Positions 1 through 12,830 of a DNA stretch of 64,000 nucleotides are shown here, in pieces (the first letter of the stretch is position 1; every line of letters starts with the position of its first letter). This DNA comes from Lingula anatina (Eukaryota; Animalia; Brachiopoda): positions 16,988,001 through 17,052,000 of the forward strand of contig CM120642.1 in NCBI GenBank assembly GCA_051362555.1, in the 5' to 3' direction. Under the pieces are notes generated by a model that saw only the letters and a list, made by a program, of their open reading frames with translations, searched no databases and was not told where the DNA came from. Made by a program: the position numbers and the translations under genes.

Positions 1-2335
1 CTCAAAGGCTGCTCTGACTGGGCAGACCACATGCTTAAACAACTCGGCAACAACTCCCACCATGTGAGATGCCGATTAGACTTCAGGGGATGCCCTGATG
101 ACGGCCTACTTCTGGCATCAATAATTAAGATACAAGACCAGGCTGCGACAGAGCTTAAATCCACAATTGAGGCCCACACACAAGCTTTCCTAGACACAGC
201 TAAGGAAAGCTTAGCAAAAGCAGAAGAAAGGAAGGCCAAAGCAGAAGAGCACTCTGACATTCACAGCGTATACACGCTAACAAACCTAACCTTAGCATCT
301 ATGGCAGTCAACAACCAGATTATGGAGCTAATGAGACTCCTCATCCTCACAATAAAAGACAAGAAGAAGGGCCGCGTGCTAGCCAGCAAAGCAAAATATA
401 GAATAACCACATTCAAGAAAGCCCCATCCTAAAATGGAAGCTACTGCTTCTCAGTTCCAACCAACTTTACCAGGAAAATCTAAACCTGAATGTTCAAATA
501 GAGCATAATAAATCATAAAACATATAGGCACCGCAAATATATGTCGAGATGCCTTCTCCACATTTTATTTACAATTAATAAAGGAAAACGAGAGCAGCCA
601 ATCGAAATTAAAATTAAAACTAAATTAAACAACCTATCAGACACTGGCCTCATTTTCACATATGACACAGTTATTCAAATCCACACTCGACCACCGACTC
701 TTAAGCCGTTAACACGTTCAATGCATACCGTCCAGCTTATATCCCTTTTGTTTTGGAGGATAATTCCTAAGCAGGATACAACAGCTTAGACTGAACAGTG
801 ATTCAGGATACCCATCCTATTCTGGCGCTAGCAATTTTTTTTTCGTTTAGCCAAATTACCACTTTTTCATTGCTTTTTTGTCCAAATGGTTTAAATTTGA
901 CTAAAATAAGTCATATCAACCCCATTTTGTTTAGCCAATTTCAGTCAATTTTAGCATTTGGCTAAATTGGCGAGTGTTAGCGCTACCCCAGCTATTTGAC
1001 ACAAGCGAGACACTTATGAACAAGCATGACACTATACGGCCGAGATGGCTTGTATCATTCACAAGGCAAGATACCATTCATGAAAATTCACCAATCAAAG
1101 GCAAGACACCTCTGTTAACTGACCCACTTCTTCAACCGTTTTTTTTATCTTTTTTTTTTTTTTTGGGAGGGGGGGGAGGGATTTGCAGCTAATGAAGGTC
1201 ACTTGTTGACCAAAAAGCACTTTCTGCAACCACTCCACCCTCCCCTTCCCCCAGTAGGCAGTGCCACTACACTGCTATGTCTACCACAATCAGAGGCGAG
1301 ACGCTTCAATCGCCTCACAGAATGCCCTTAAATATGAAGTGTGGGGCTTCATTCATGGTTTTTGCTTTAATGCTTATATATATATATAGTAAGAGGAATG
1401 AGACCAGTCCTCATTGAAAGAGTAGGGAAACTGGCCGGGGGTCCGCGGTACACAAGAATGACCCAAATCACCTTGTAACGGTCAGATTACCAACAAAAAT
1501 CAGAAAATTCTCATCAGTGAGTAATAAAAATTAAACTTAACATGGGGTAGTATAATCAAGTTTTTTTTCTTCACAGGAGTGAAGGCTTGAGATGCCAGCC
1601 ACCCATATTACAACCCTTCAATATTTCCCCACAAAGAAAATATGACCATGTGATATAATTGGTTGATCTCTGAATACTTCTACGTTGACTCTCGTGACTA
1701 CTAAGTACCTTCACATCCCTTGACAACTGATCTTCTATCACGTGACCTTTCACTATATAAAATCTGTGCGTGCCAATTTCGAGCACTGTGACAGTGGAAA
1801 GGCTGAGACCTGTGGCTTGTGTTGGTAAGTTAGTTGCTCTGGTATAATTTCATTGCTTTCTGATCGTATTTCCTACGATCTTTGCTACAGATGTATTTTC
1901 CACTACTCTTATTCATTTTTCTTTCAGCCTCAGATTACAGAATCATCTAGTTTATCCTCCGTCTTAGTCACTTAAAACCCCCTCTCTGACATTGGGGTAT
2001 GTACAGGTTATCACTGTGTAAATCTATATACGTGTAATCTGTCATTTATAGTAAGACTAGTATTTCTTAATTTAACGAAAACGTTAAATTGTCAGTATAA
2101 TATATTTATTTCGACTGTATTGTAAATGTCGCTGTACATCTCTTTTAGGGTTTTTATTTTATACTATTTTATTGGTTTGGAAGTCAGAATAAACTTTGAA
2201 CCAGCTACCTGAGTTGAGTTAATCATTCCCGGTAACAAAAACACTGATGATAAGTCTGCTCTTATCATGGGATATTATGCATGTGCTACAAATAGAAGCT
2301 CAGATACACCAGGTAAATATCCAAAATTTCATAGA

Positions 2336-2413
<78 letters not shown>

Positions 2414-2973
2414 TCAACCTGAAGGCAATTCTGTTTGTGAGCGTAATTATATCAAATTAAGGACCAATCCACGATTTCAATTTCATATTTCTTAATTAAT
2501 ATATTTATTATTTATGGTGTTTTTGGCATTGCTTGTTTTATTTAACTCATATTTTTCTTTCTCTTTGTTCTGCCTTCCATGTCTTTAATCTTACTTTTTG
2601 TTTATGTTTTGTTCATGTCATTGTTCAAAATTAATTTGTATATAATATTTTTAGAGATATTTGTATGAGAATAAACCTATATCAACCCCGAACTATCATC
2701 CTGTTACATAGACATGGCCAAGGAAGAGCTGTAAACAAAATTTGACAAAATGCTCCTAGCCTCAAGATGTAGATGATACCTCTACTAGTACTGTCACCAC
2801 AACAGAAACGTCCACTTCTGAAGAAGGTATGTGAACGACACCATTACCCAGACGTCACAAAGCAAAGAGTTAGTCACGTGTATAATATATATGGTTTGAT
2901 TTAAGTTGTATTTTTCTACAATATGCATTTTTAATCCACCAATACTACTCCACCAATACTACTGTTTATTCAG

Positions 2974-3264
2974 GAATACCTGTCTAGGATAAGGACATCT
3001 CCAAGCTCATGGATAAGCCACTGAGTGAAATGAAAAGAGCAGAATCATACATAGAAATTGAAAATCTTAGGAAAGAGGGATGATGCATAAGCACCTCGGT
3101 AATGATTCAGAGTATGGAAAAATTACTGACTCTTACTTCATTTGCCACACAATGACAGTGCTTGCAAAATGATGACTGGACTTTCATGGACAATGTTCAT
3201 GAACGCATATTTTGACTTTTCTTAGTACATTTTTACAGCCAGGATTGATAGGTTCAAGTCTACC

Positions 3265-3309
<45 letters not shown>

Positions 3310-4069
3310 AGTTGTTTTTAACACTTGTGAAATTGCATCAAAAAATTTAACGTTTGAGTTTCTGGGACACGTGAAGGGTATACCTAAATCAACAGTCATA
3401 ACTCACTGACATTTTCTGGAGGTGGATGGATTTAATTGTATAGTAAGCTAGGTTCCATGATTAAATGGAATGAAAGGGATAGAGTTTTTAAGTCAATTCC
3501 ATCAGTGTTTAAATGGAAATTCCACACTTAACCTCAATTATAGACAGTTTTGAAGTCTTATTGAATTGCCCCAAAACTTTCTAGCTCGTGCCCAGGTTTA
3601 TAGCAAAAAACACACTATGATGAAATTTTATATTTCTTGCTATCATCCTGGTTCTGTTAACTTCATTTTCAGGGGTGGCAGAGCCTCTGATGTTAAACTG
3701 TTCATAATTCAGAAAATATAGGCAGCAAATACCAAAATCTACCACCTGAAACCAGGTTCTTGCTGACAGTTTTTTTTTTCTGTTACAAGATGATATTGTA
3801 TCCAAGTGTAGTTCTCCTAGTTTTCCTAGCTATCTGCCAGGGATGTGGAAAAGTCACCAAGTGCTTTTTTCAGTTAGGATTCATGTAAAAAGAGGGATTG
3901 GTCTGTTAAAAAAATAGGTTTACTATCTTAAGGGGGAATTACCACTTCGTTGCATGCAGAGCATGAAAGATAAGAAGAGCAAGGAAGTGGCTATAACAGT
4001 GCTGACAAAATAATTACAGTGTGTTCTGCCCTATCCAATTTGGTGCCTGGCACTGTCTTTAAGAAATAA
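2974..4069 (+). pseudogene. Decayed ISL2EU/PIF-Harbinger-type (DDE_Tnp_4) transposase
   Basis: Frameshifted and stop-interrupted translation gives, in order: MMTGLSWTMF..FDFLSTFLQP; NLTFEFLGHVKGIPKSTV; DIFWRWMDL; LTSIIDSFEV..ELPQNFLARAQVYSKKHTMMKF; GGRASDVK; NQVLAD; LSARDVEKS..SVRIHVK.GIGLLKNRFTILRG; ADKIITVCSALSNL. These match the IIDCxE, GGRxSD, LADRGF and RIHVERxIG motifs of this family. A poly-A run interrupts it at ~3268-3308. Element ends were not found. Confidence 0.85.
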
Positions 4070-4616
4070 TGTGCACTTTGTCAACATCTAGGACCTAGCA
4101 AGTGCGGGCCCAGGGTTTATTTTGTACAGTAGTTTACCCCTTCTCTTCACTTACATGAAGTGGCCTGGCATTAGAAATGTGAAAGTCTGGTTTATGAGCG
4201 CATCACAATTTAGCCTAATAAGATTGTCTATTTCTTGAATGGTCTTTAACGAAATAGTAAGCAGATTCCCGTTTATAAAAACCCACAAAATATATCGGTT
4301 TGCATCAACTTTTGGGAAGTAAGAGGAATCTTTTACTTACCTTATCGCAACCGGTAAGAAAGTGAAGGGTGCAACGTGCTACATCGATACTGCCCGATAG
4401 ATGGCGCCTAAGTAATGCAAGACAGGCTGAGGGGCCACATGTCTCCGCCCTCCTGAAGGTGTCATATCAGGTCAGAGAGTTAATGAATGCGTAATTGTTA
4501 TAATTCCTATCGTGTCCTGGTTGATTTATAATTTTATTTTGGATATTTGGAGATAGTCATCAATATTCATAGGAATCCGTTTTATATCATTTTGTTATTT
4601 AAAAAAAAACAAAAAA

Positions 4617-4649
<33 letters not shown>

Positions 4650-4789
4650 AGAATATATCCAAATTTTTATTTTTCTCCCATTGGAATTTAATTATTTTAG
4701 TCACAATTCCACTTTTATCTATTTTGGTCATTTAAAGGTTGGAGGGACGGAATTTGATTTACTGCAGTCACGTACTACGTACATATATA

Positions 4790-5155
4790 TTGATACAAAT
4801 ATGCATTCCCTATTGTTTGTGATATTTACGTCAAACAGTATTTCAGCATTTTTTACACAAAGTGTGAGGTACTTTTTAAATGGTGTCACATATATTGCTA
4901 ATCTTACTTGTGTTATAAATTGCGTATAATTTTTTTTTAAATGTAAAACAACTATGATACAGTAATACTGTTAGATTTGCAAATCAAAAATATTTCAATC
5001 TATGCATGCAGTAATCCTATCTGGATTAAGTGAAATAAAAGTAAACAAAATTTGATGTTCTGACTCCGATACCCTTTATCATATGCGTATTTAAAATTGT
5101 CCTTCACTTCCAATAGTCTTTAGAAAATAAAGAAATGATAAGTAATCATAAATGT
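4790..5155 (+). repeat. Diverged ~360-bp direct repeat, copy 1 (copy 2 at ~14575-14922)
   Basis: Shared blocks in the same order and orientation: atgcattccctattgttt, ctatgatac..actgttagatt(t/c)gcaaatc, tctggattaagtgaaataaaa, aaatgat(a/g)agtaatcataa. Confidence 0.8.
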
Positions 5156-5553
5156 TCTAATTCATTTAATGCAATGGCCCAGAACATAAGAACGAAATGT
5201 GGATCGCGTCGATGGACTTTGGCATACACTTCGCGGGATATTAGCGGTCTATCACTTTGTGATCTGCCCTTTCATTAAAGAGGCCATATCGGGGGTGGTT
5301 TCACAATCCCTGCAAAAATTTGTCTCATTTAACGTTAACTTACGGTTCTCAATCTGTCCTAGAACATAACGTTTTCCCCTTTTGATGAAAAAAAAAATTA
5401 ATCTGTTCGAGGACACTCTGTAGGACTTCCCAAAAACATTTCTCGAACTATTACATTCATTACAGCACAACATTAGAACTGTAAAAAATACCTCAAATGT
5501 TCTAAAATTGATTGAGAACCATAAGTGAACGTTACAAGAAGTTACTCCCCCCC

Positions 5554-5592
<39 letters not shown>

Positions 5593-5696
5593 ATCACCTA
5601 GGATCCGCTATTGACAGAGGAATCCCGGATGGCTGCGTAATATTTTGAACACCTTCGTATTAATCATAATCTAAACTTAGGTTAGAATTCACTGAA

Positions 5697-8600
5697 ATGA
5701 TCGTAGTGTGTGACGTACAGGTAAGTTTGCAAACAAACCGCAAAAGGGTGCGCCGCGACCTGCGTTTACTCGGCGACGAGTCTTTTTCCAAAACAGTCTC
5801 TTCTAATCGAAAACCTCGTTGTGGCTGTGAGCCAGAAGTAGGGTATTTTTCATTACGAGGCTACTATCGCACACTCTCAAAACGGACAAGACCGAAAAAC
5901 TGGTGCAAGTGTGACTATTTGGGTTAAAAACTTATTATTTTTTGTCGCATCGCGACTGTAAAACCCAGATTTCTTTTCTTTAGTTTTGTTAGCAAGCATT
6001 CATTGAAAAATAAGACGATTTTAAAAGACCCAGAAGATTGCAACATGAAACTTTAATTTCACGGAAGTAGGATGTTAACTCGGATATGTTTACTGTAAAA
6101 TTTTACGGCTGTTGCTCAGTTTGTTTATTACCACCTTACATTAACGCCGTGCTTACAATTTGAATGTGTAATTCACGAATACAACAGACATAGATCAGAT
6201 CAGTGGTTATAAAAGGTAGGTATTTCAGCTACTTGGTGTACAAATTAAGGCTTAGATTTAGGGACGTAACTTTGAATGTTACTACTACTAATAATAATTA
6301 ATGTACAAACAAGCGATAAATACATTCATGAACAATAAATTCATTCTTCAGCGCTTCTGTTCACACCTAATACTCTTTTTACATTCATTGAGTACCTATG
6401 AAAAAAGTAAGGGGGTTATTTAGAATAAATCAAATTTGGTCTCAATATACATGTACGTGTATGTACATAAACATTGTAACTCTGCATACTCACTTGAACT
6501 GTTATACAGTTAGACTGGATTTCCATGCCAAGATGGATTCATCTGGATCAGTCTATCTCCCTGGGGAGTCTCAATGAATTGCTATCAACTAGGGGGTAAA
6601 GATAATTACCCCCTAACAGCTTTACTAGGTGTGACAGACATTTTTGCCGGTTATGCTTATTGTGGCCATGTTCACTCTCCTTTCAGCTAAAATGATTTAG
6701 TGGAACATATAGTTTTTGTTTTATAAATTGTAAATACATGTACTATTTGAAATTTTTGTTAATTGGGCTATCTTACACTCAGGTGCATGATGCCATGTAA
6801 TATTGATACTAAATTCACGAAAATCAAGATTGTGGAAAATTGCTTACTGGTTGAAATTCATGGTCCATAGAAAACTCCAGATGGCCGATTTTAATCTGGT
6901 TTGAAATTTAGGAGCCATTTTAAATTCCTGGCACATTACCGTATTTATATCTTTGTAGGTTCCTTACAACATGGCAGGTCATACTTCAGACAAGGTACTA
7001 CCTCCTCCTTCTTATGAGCAAGTAACAGGGGGGCGTACCCAGTTTGGGCTACCTCCTCGGGTACCGCTGACTTATGTTGACTTTTGGCCAGTGTGTACCA
7101 CCCCGGAACAGAAACTGAAGAGAGCTGAATTTGAGACATTTGAGTAAGTTGTGTTATGTTCAGATCCCTATAGTAGCAGCCAGATGAGGCCAGGCATACC
7201 AGTGATAGTTGCTGTGACTAGAAACTGAGATGAATGTCTTTTCTGAAGCATATTACTCTTCCACAGATAAACATTTAGAAAGAAATGGAGATTAAATTAA
7301 TGCTTTTAATGGTTGTTGTATGACTTAGAATCAGTGTTTTTCGTGTGTTTTTGTTTGCTTAATTAGGTGAATTCAATAAGAGAGCTGATGTCACAAGTGA
7401 AGTCCCATGTACTCATTGTCACTTAAACCCAGTGGGACTCGGGTTGTTGAATATATTTGTAGAACAATTTGATTTCTTTTTTTGTAATACTACATAACAT
7501 GTCACATACATAAATGAGCACTCTCCTTTTTTTCTCTCCCAGGGTTTTAGTTCAGAAGGCAAACCAGTGGTTGAGTCGAAATATCAACTTTCAGGTGAAG
7601 AAATGTGAAACTCTGATGAAAAAAGTCAACAGTTTTGATGACATCTACAATGGGAATATGTACTATAAAAGTGGTGGCACAACATTGTGTATATATGGAC
7701 TAAGGTGAGAGAAAAGACAAGGTGGGCTTGGCCATTTAGAGTACATTTTGAGATTTTATGTTTCGAGAAAAAAGGCAACTGCACAGTTACTTTTAATGTG
7801 ATACTGGTAAATTTGTCATTGTCTCTTCTTGAAAAATGGTAATTCTTCTTTATTTTTTTGTGGAAGGGTCAATACATCATGCTTCATATTAAATGCAATG
7901 TAGTCTCTTAAGAATTGAAATATTTTTCATCCACAGTAACTATTTCATTTTTTTTTTAAAAGTGTTCTGGAAATTCAAACATTCTAAAATATTCTGTGAA
8001 AATATTTTTAAAAATCTCCATAATTTCTGTGATATATTTAAAGAAACTACAATTTCCAGGTTATGGTTGGGTGAGAGAACAGATCTTGACGGGCGTCCAG
8101 AGCAGATTGGGGTGATGAGTTTCATGCCTGTCTCTCTCACTCCCGGCCAGTTTACAAATGTCAAATCAGCACAATTTGAAAATCTTGGGGAAACCTATAA
8201 CAGAGTTAATGGCTATCTGCTACAGAATCCTCTGCAAGGTAAGTGCTTTGAAAACTAGGGAAAGCCATTTTAGGGAGCATGACACAAAACTTGCAGGAAT
8301 AAAAGTATGATTATAATAGACAGGGCAATGGCATGCCAACAGGGGTAAATAAGACATTAAACGTTCGAAGACCTAGCACTGAGACAACACTGGCCACACT
8401 GGTTTGTTTCAATTATGTACATGTAGCCCTGAAAGTAGTAGTAATAAAAGGTGTAGTGAAAGGTGCTTACAGTGAATGAATTGTGCATGCATAAGCTGTT
8501 TTCGAAGACAGCAGAGCGTAAAACTGAATGCACAGAACAGACAAAAAATGAAGGTGAAATTGTGTTTTGACGAATAATATACACGTCTAATGGTTATGAT

Positions 8601-11074
8601 TATTTAAGATAATTTTAGACACCATTCTTATATCATTTTAACAACTATCATAGCACTCTCCCTCGGTTTGTATGCCTCTTTAAGAGTTACATTGGCATTG
8701 CTAAGGAGTCAGTCCCACCTCACACATCACGTTTTCTAGTCTTGTGTGTTTTCACAAGAGAGATCCCATTTGGAACTCTTAATTCTGGAACTATTTTAGA
8801 AGTTAACTTACCCAATTTTAGGCAAGATTTTAACAGTGGAGACAGTTTTCCTTCGACTTGGCCGACACATTTTCAAGGACCTTCAAGGCAATGTGGACCC
8901 AAACCAGACTGCTTGGTATGACCACTACGAAAGAGTCCGCATAGGAACAGTTAGGATATATTTCATACTTGGAGAAGCTGTTTACGAAGAAATAGGTAAT
9001 AATAATACATTTTGATCTTAGCCAAAAGGCCGAGAAGCAATAGTTATTAGTAATAGTTAGTATTATGAATGTGTATTGCTTTTGTTGGCCCCGTTTATTT
9101 ATTTATTTATTTTTGAATGTCAAGTTATAATTTCACAATTCTAAAATATTGCCAAATGTTGATACTTTCTTATGAATTACAAGGTATATAGTATTGTTTA
9201 TATTGATAAAGTAAAATATGAGGGACCATTCCCAGACCCTAGCATACTAATTGAGGATTGATCTTTCTCCGAGGGGATTCTGGCTAAATTGCAATCAACT
9301 TAAGTGGCTTAGATGTCTGTCACCCAACTTCTGTAGGCATCCCAGACATCTAAGCTGAAAGCAATTTAGTGAGAAACCCCTGGGAGATTGATCTAGGTAT
9401 GGTAATCCAGTCTTAAAGAATTAAGATAAATGTTTGACATTTTGGTAGTTACTTTACTTTATGTATCATGTTTCAGGTGCTGCTGATTTTCTACCAGACA
9501 TGTTGAGAGAGCCTGGCCTTCTCTCTGGCATGAAGTATACAGATATATCAGTTCCCATTCAAAAAGTTTCTGTTTGGCTCCAATCAAATCAGGTAAGTCA
9601 TTTCTTATTACATTGCATTACACCTTTATTTAGCAAAATTTAGTTTTGTCAGAAAATCTGTTTTTTCCCATATTCACCAAGGTACAGTGTATACCTCATC
9701 TAAAACCATTCACAGAATTATGACCTGTAAACCCATTTTTTGTGTTAGAAATTAGAAGGAGTTAATTATTTTCACTGTCATGGGTTAAATAAACTTGTCT
9801 TTACCTCCATTGCATTTTTAGAATGTCATAGGAATCAAATAAACAGAAAGACAGGTGTAGGAATGTCCTCAAATACTCAAAGAAAGTAATATTGTGTGTG
9901 ACTAGATACCTCATTGGAACTTCTAATGTGGGTTAGTTTTAATAGAACCAGCTTGATCTTAGTTTTGATCATTGTTGAAAGAATTTCAGCTAAATGGCAA
10001 TCTCTTTTTTTTTTTTTTTTAGGGTGTCCGCTTTTTGAGTTTGCAGACTCTAGATGTTGAATATCACCAAACAAGGGGTAAGGAAATAGATTTTGATGAA
10101 AATATTTGTATATTATCAGATGGAAGTAAATGAAAGAAAGTAATATTGCGTGTGACTAGATAACTTTTGCTGATGCCAACTTTATGTAAGATCGCACCTG
10201 TGCCAGTATATACAGTGTATGATTACAGGGGCGGGTCCAGAAATATTTTTCGACAGGCTTCCAAATTATCTTTATTGATCCATCCTCCATTTTTGACTGT
10301 CTTCCGACAGAAAAGTTTAGATACCCGTCAATGAAAACTTGAAAATCTGACCGTCTTCCAGAAGACCCAGAAGACGGCCTAAATCCGCACCTGTGATTAT
10401 GTGTATATACTGATATTTAGTACGGTAAACATCATTTATCTTTCAATTGCCTATGGATTGTAAAAAAATAATATTTATAGCCTTAATTGAATTTTGAATT
10501 AATTAATTATTTTATTTCAAGATCCACATTTACAGAGTATGACTCTGTTTGAATCTAAACTGGAAGCAAAAACAGAAGTTGCCTTCATTCGAGTCCACTA
10601 TGCCAAGCCAAGAGGAGCCATTGTGGCGCCCCCTACTGTTAATCTCACAGCACCCCTCAGCTACAAGACTTTCTTGCCTGTTCTCTATGCAGCAGATGGA
10701 TGTTGTGGGTCAGATAGGTCTTATGAAGACGTTCACCAGACTATGGTTCGTGTTATAGCGTGGTTGAATGCAGTGCGAGGTAAGAAAGTATGAGGTCTCC
10801 CGTTTCATTTAAAGGTCAAACAACCTTATTACATTTATGATAATAAGTACAACTTTGGCTGTAAATTAATCCACACATGTTTGTTTAACATGTTCTCAGT
10901 CCTTTCTTTTGACCAAATCCATGTTTTGAACATGGTACATTTACGGTATACCTTACTTTGATTTGATTTGATTTTTTATTTTAAAACAATTCTTCTCTGC
11001 CTTTAACTTTTTTCACCGCATGAGTCTTCATGTTATATACTAGTATATACAGGTCTTTTTACCTACTATATTGG

Positions 11075-11107
<33 letters not shown>

Positions 11108-11111
11108 TGAC

Positions 11112-11142
<31 letters not shown>

Positions 11143-11409
11143 GTGTTTTTTTTTTGCAGTGTGTAATTATTAGATTATAATTATAATTTATAAATTCTTT
11201 CTCCAGCACCTGTGGTGACTGTGGAGACTATAGGACGTATTCACTCAGATGCTGAGGACAGAAAATATGGTTCTGATGGAACTATAGTCAGCAATGAGTG
11301 GTATACCACCACTGACAGTGAAGGTCATACACAAGGACCGTATAGACATAACTTAATGTATTACATCAGGTAGGATATGTATGAGCCTATTTATTCATAC
11401 TATTAGTAG

Positions 11410-11445
<36 letters not shown>

Positions 11446-11446
11446 G

Positions 11447-11486
<40 letters not shown>

Positions 11487-11489
11487 TGT

Positions 11490-11521
<32 letters not shown>

Positions 11522-11541
11522 CTGTGTGTGTGCGTGCGTGC

Positions 11542-11588
<47 letters not shown>

Positions 11589-12621
11589 TGAGAAAAAAAA
11601 AAGCAAAAAAGGAAAAAGTTCAATGGTTGAGAACAGTATAAATGAGAGAAAGGATAGATGGGGGAGAGGGCACGAAAGTTAGTGATGCAGTTGATGTTTT
11701 GAGCAACAGCTACTGTAACGGGTGAAAACAAACAGATTTCATCATGTAAGGAATTCTCATTGAGAAGTACAGTTGGTAAAATACCCCAGGGAGTGATTTG
11801 ACAAAAGGACTTTTTAAAGCAAATATTTTGGTCCATTATGAAATAAATTAACAGCAGTTCACCTAGCAGTTCACCTAGGTAAAGTATTATTCTGAGACAT
11901 TAGTTTTATCTATTCTGTTTTTAAACAAGCACAATGTTTTATTTAATTGGACCACAGCTTATTTAGGTAAAAGTATAATTATTTGACCTGGAAATTTTGG
12001 CCCATTTTCAGTCTGAAATCTTTTCATGAAATAAGCCACTGGGTTGATATTACATCAAGGGTTTTCCCAGCAAACCATCCAGCCGTCATTTGGATGGCCC
12101 CAGCATCGCTGGATCGCCTATATTTCAAAGATGGCTGGATGGCTTATGGATTTTTTTTTGGAAATATTATGCCTTCAGGCATACTTGGATTCCCTGAAAT
12201 TTTGTAAGAAATTACAGTTGGTAATTTTGGACAGCCTGTGTACCCTCCCAGGAAAAGCACTGTATAATTTCTAAGACCCCATTCCCACAGATTTTAGATC
12301 GATCGATCACTAGATTACTGTCAGCTTAGCTGGCTTAAGCGTCTGTCACGCATACTAAAAGCTGTAAGGGGTAATTAACTACCGTGCATGCTCGTCTGAC
12401 ATCAATTTAGCCTGAACCCCCAGGGAGTTAAGTCGATCTAGGTAGATCGATCTAAATCTATGGTAATGCACTCTAATATTACATTATGTGCTTGAAATGA
12501 TTATTTTAAATTATCAGATCTTTCCTATTTCAGAGTATACCTGGCAGGCGCCTACACAGAGCCCCCGGCAGAAGTTCTTCCCCCAGTGCCAGTGGTAGAC
12601 GAGAGCTGTACAATATTATAA
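5697..12621 (+). CDS. Uncharacterised 467-aa protein: PPxY motif, four tandem ~90-100 aa repeats, C-terminal CaaX (CTIL)
   Basis: Exons 5697-5720, 6959-7143, 7543-7704, 8060-8238, 8822-8995, 9477-9592, 10023-10077, 10522-10779, 11207-11369, 12534-12621. All introns are GT-AG and phase-compatible, totalling 1404 nt open to TAA. The start could instead be the in-frame ATG in exon 2 (MAGHTSDKVLPPPSYEQV). Confidence 0.88.
6513..6650. mobile_element. Palindromic TWA-TSD MITE (family A), degraded copy
   Basis: Starts TTA|GACTGGATTTCCA and carries ctccctggggagtctc and ataattaccccctaacagcttt..aggtgtgacagacat, as in the other copies. The right end has decayed. Confidence 0.7.
9006..9041 (-). pseudogene. 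U2: 3'-truncated U2 snRNA fragment (5'-terminal ~30-35 nt)
   Basis: The reverse complement reads ATTGCTTCTCGGCCTTTTGGCTAAGATCAAAATGTA, versus the canonical U2 5' end ATCGCTTCTCGGCCTTTTGGCTAAGATCAAGTGTA. The rest of U2 is absent. Confidence 0.9.
9222..9412. mobile_element. Palindromic TWA-TSD MITE (family A)
   Basis: GGGACCATTCCCAG ... GGTAATCCAGTC|TTA, with internal inverted repeats (gcttagatgtctg / cagacatctaagc). Confidence 0.85.
10226..10393. mobile_element. Non-autonomous DNA element with 6-bp TSD
   Basis: TGATTA|CAGGGGCGGGTCCAG ... CTAAATCCGCACCTG|TGATTA: imperfect TIRs and a perfect 6-bp duplication. Confidence 0.8.
11412..11590. repeat. Compound (TG)n/(GA)n microsatellite
   Basis: Seen directly; it explains the spurious HTHT/SLSL ORFs. 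Confidence 0.95.
12275..12473. mobile_element. Palindromic TWA-TSD MITE (family A)
   Basis: TAA|GACCCCATTCCCACAGATTTTAGATCGATC ... GATCGATCTAAATCTATGGTAATGCACTC|TAA. Confidence 0.9.
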
Positions 12622-12673
12622 CAATTTTCTTATAAAGCCCCCCTCTCCCATTTACCTCCAGAGCTCACATCAG

Positions 12674-12830
12674 GGCTCGGTAATTCGAAAGCATCACAGA
12701 ATTGCGATAGTGATATCACCTTTCATTTCGAGGCCGTTATTTGGGGCCAGTAAATCCCAAGTTATGTAATATAGGCGAATCTCCATGCTTGCGCTCGGTT
12801 GCAATTCACGCTGCTTTCGAGTTACGGAGC
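12674..12830. mobile_element. Short TIR element (family B) just 3' of the CaaX gene stop
   Basis: GGCTCGGTAATTCGAAAGCA ... TGCTTTCGAGTTACGGAGCT. The TIR resembles that of the 34528-34747 element. GAGCTCACATCAG is repeated at 12661 and 12827. Confidence 0.65.

Noticed and set aside
1571-1960. Minus-strand ORF remnants with an ATGLS HTH-like segment
   Set aside because: Too short and frameshifted to assign; no catalytic motif.
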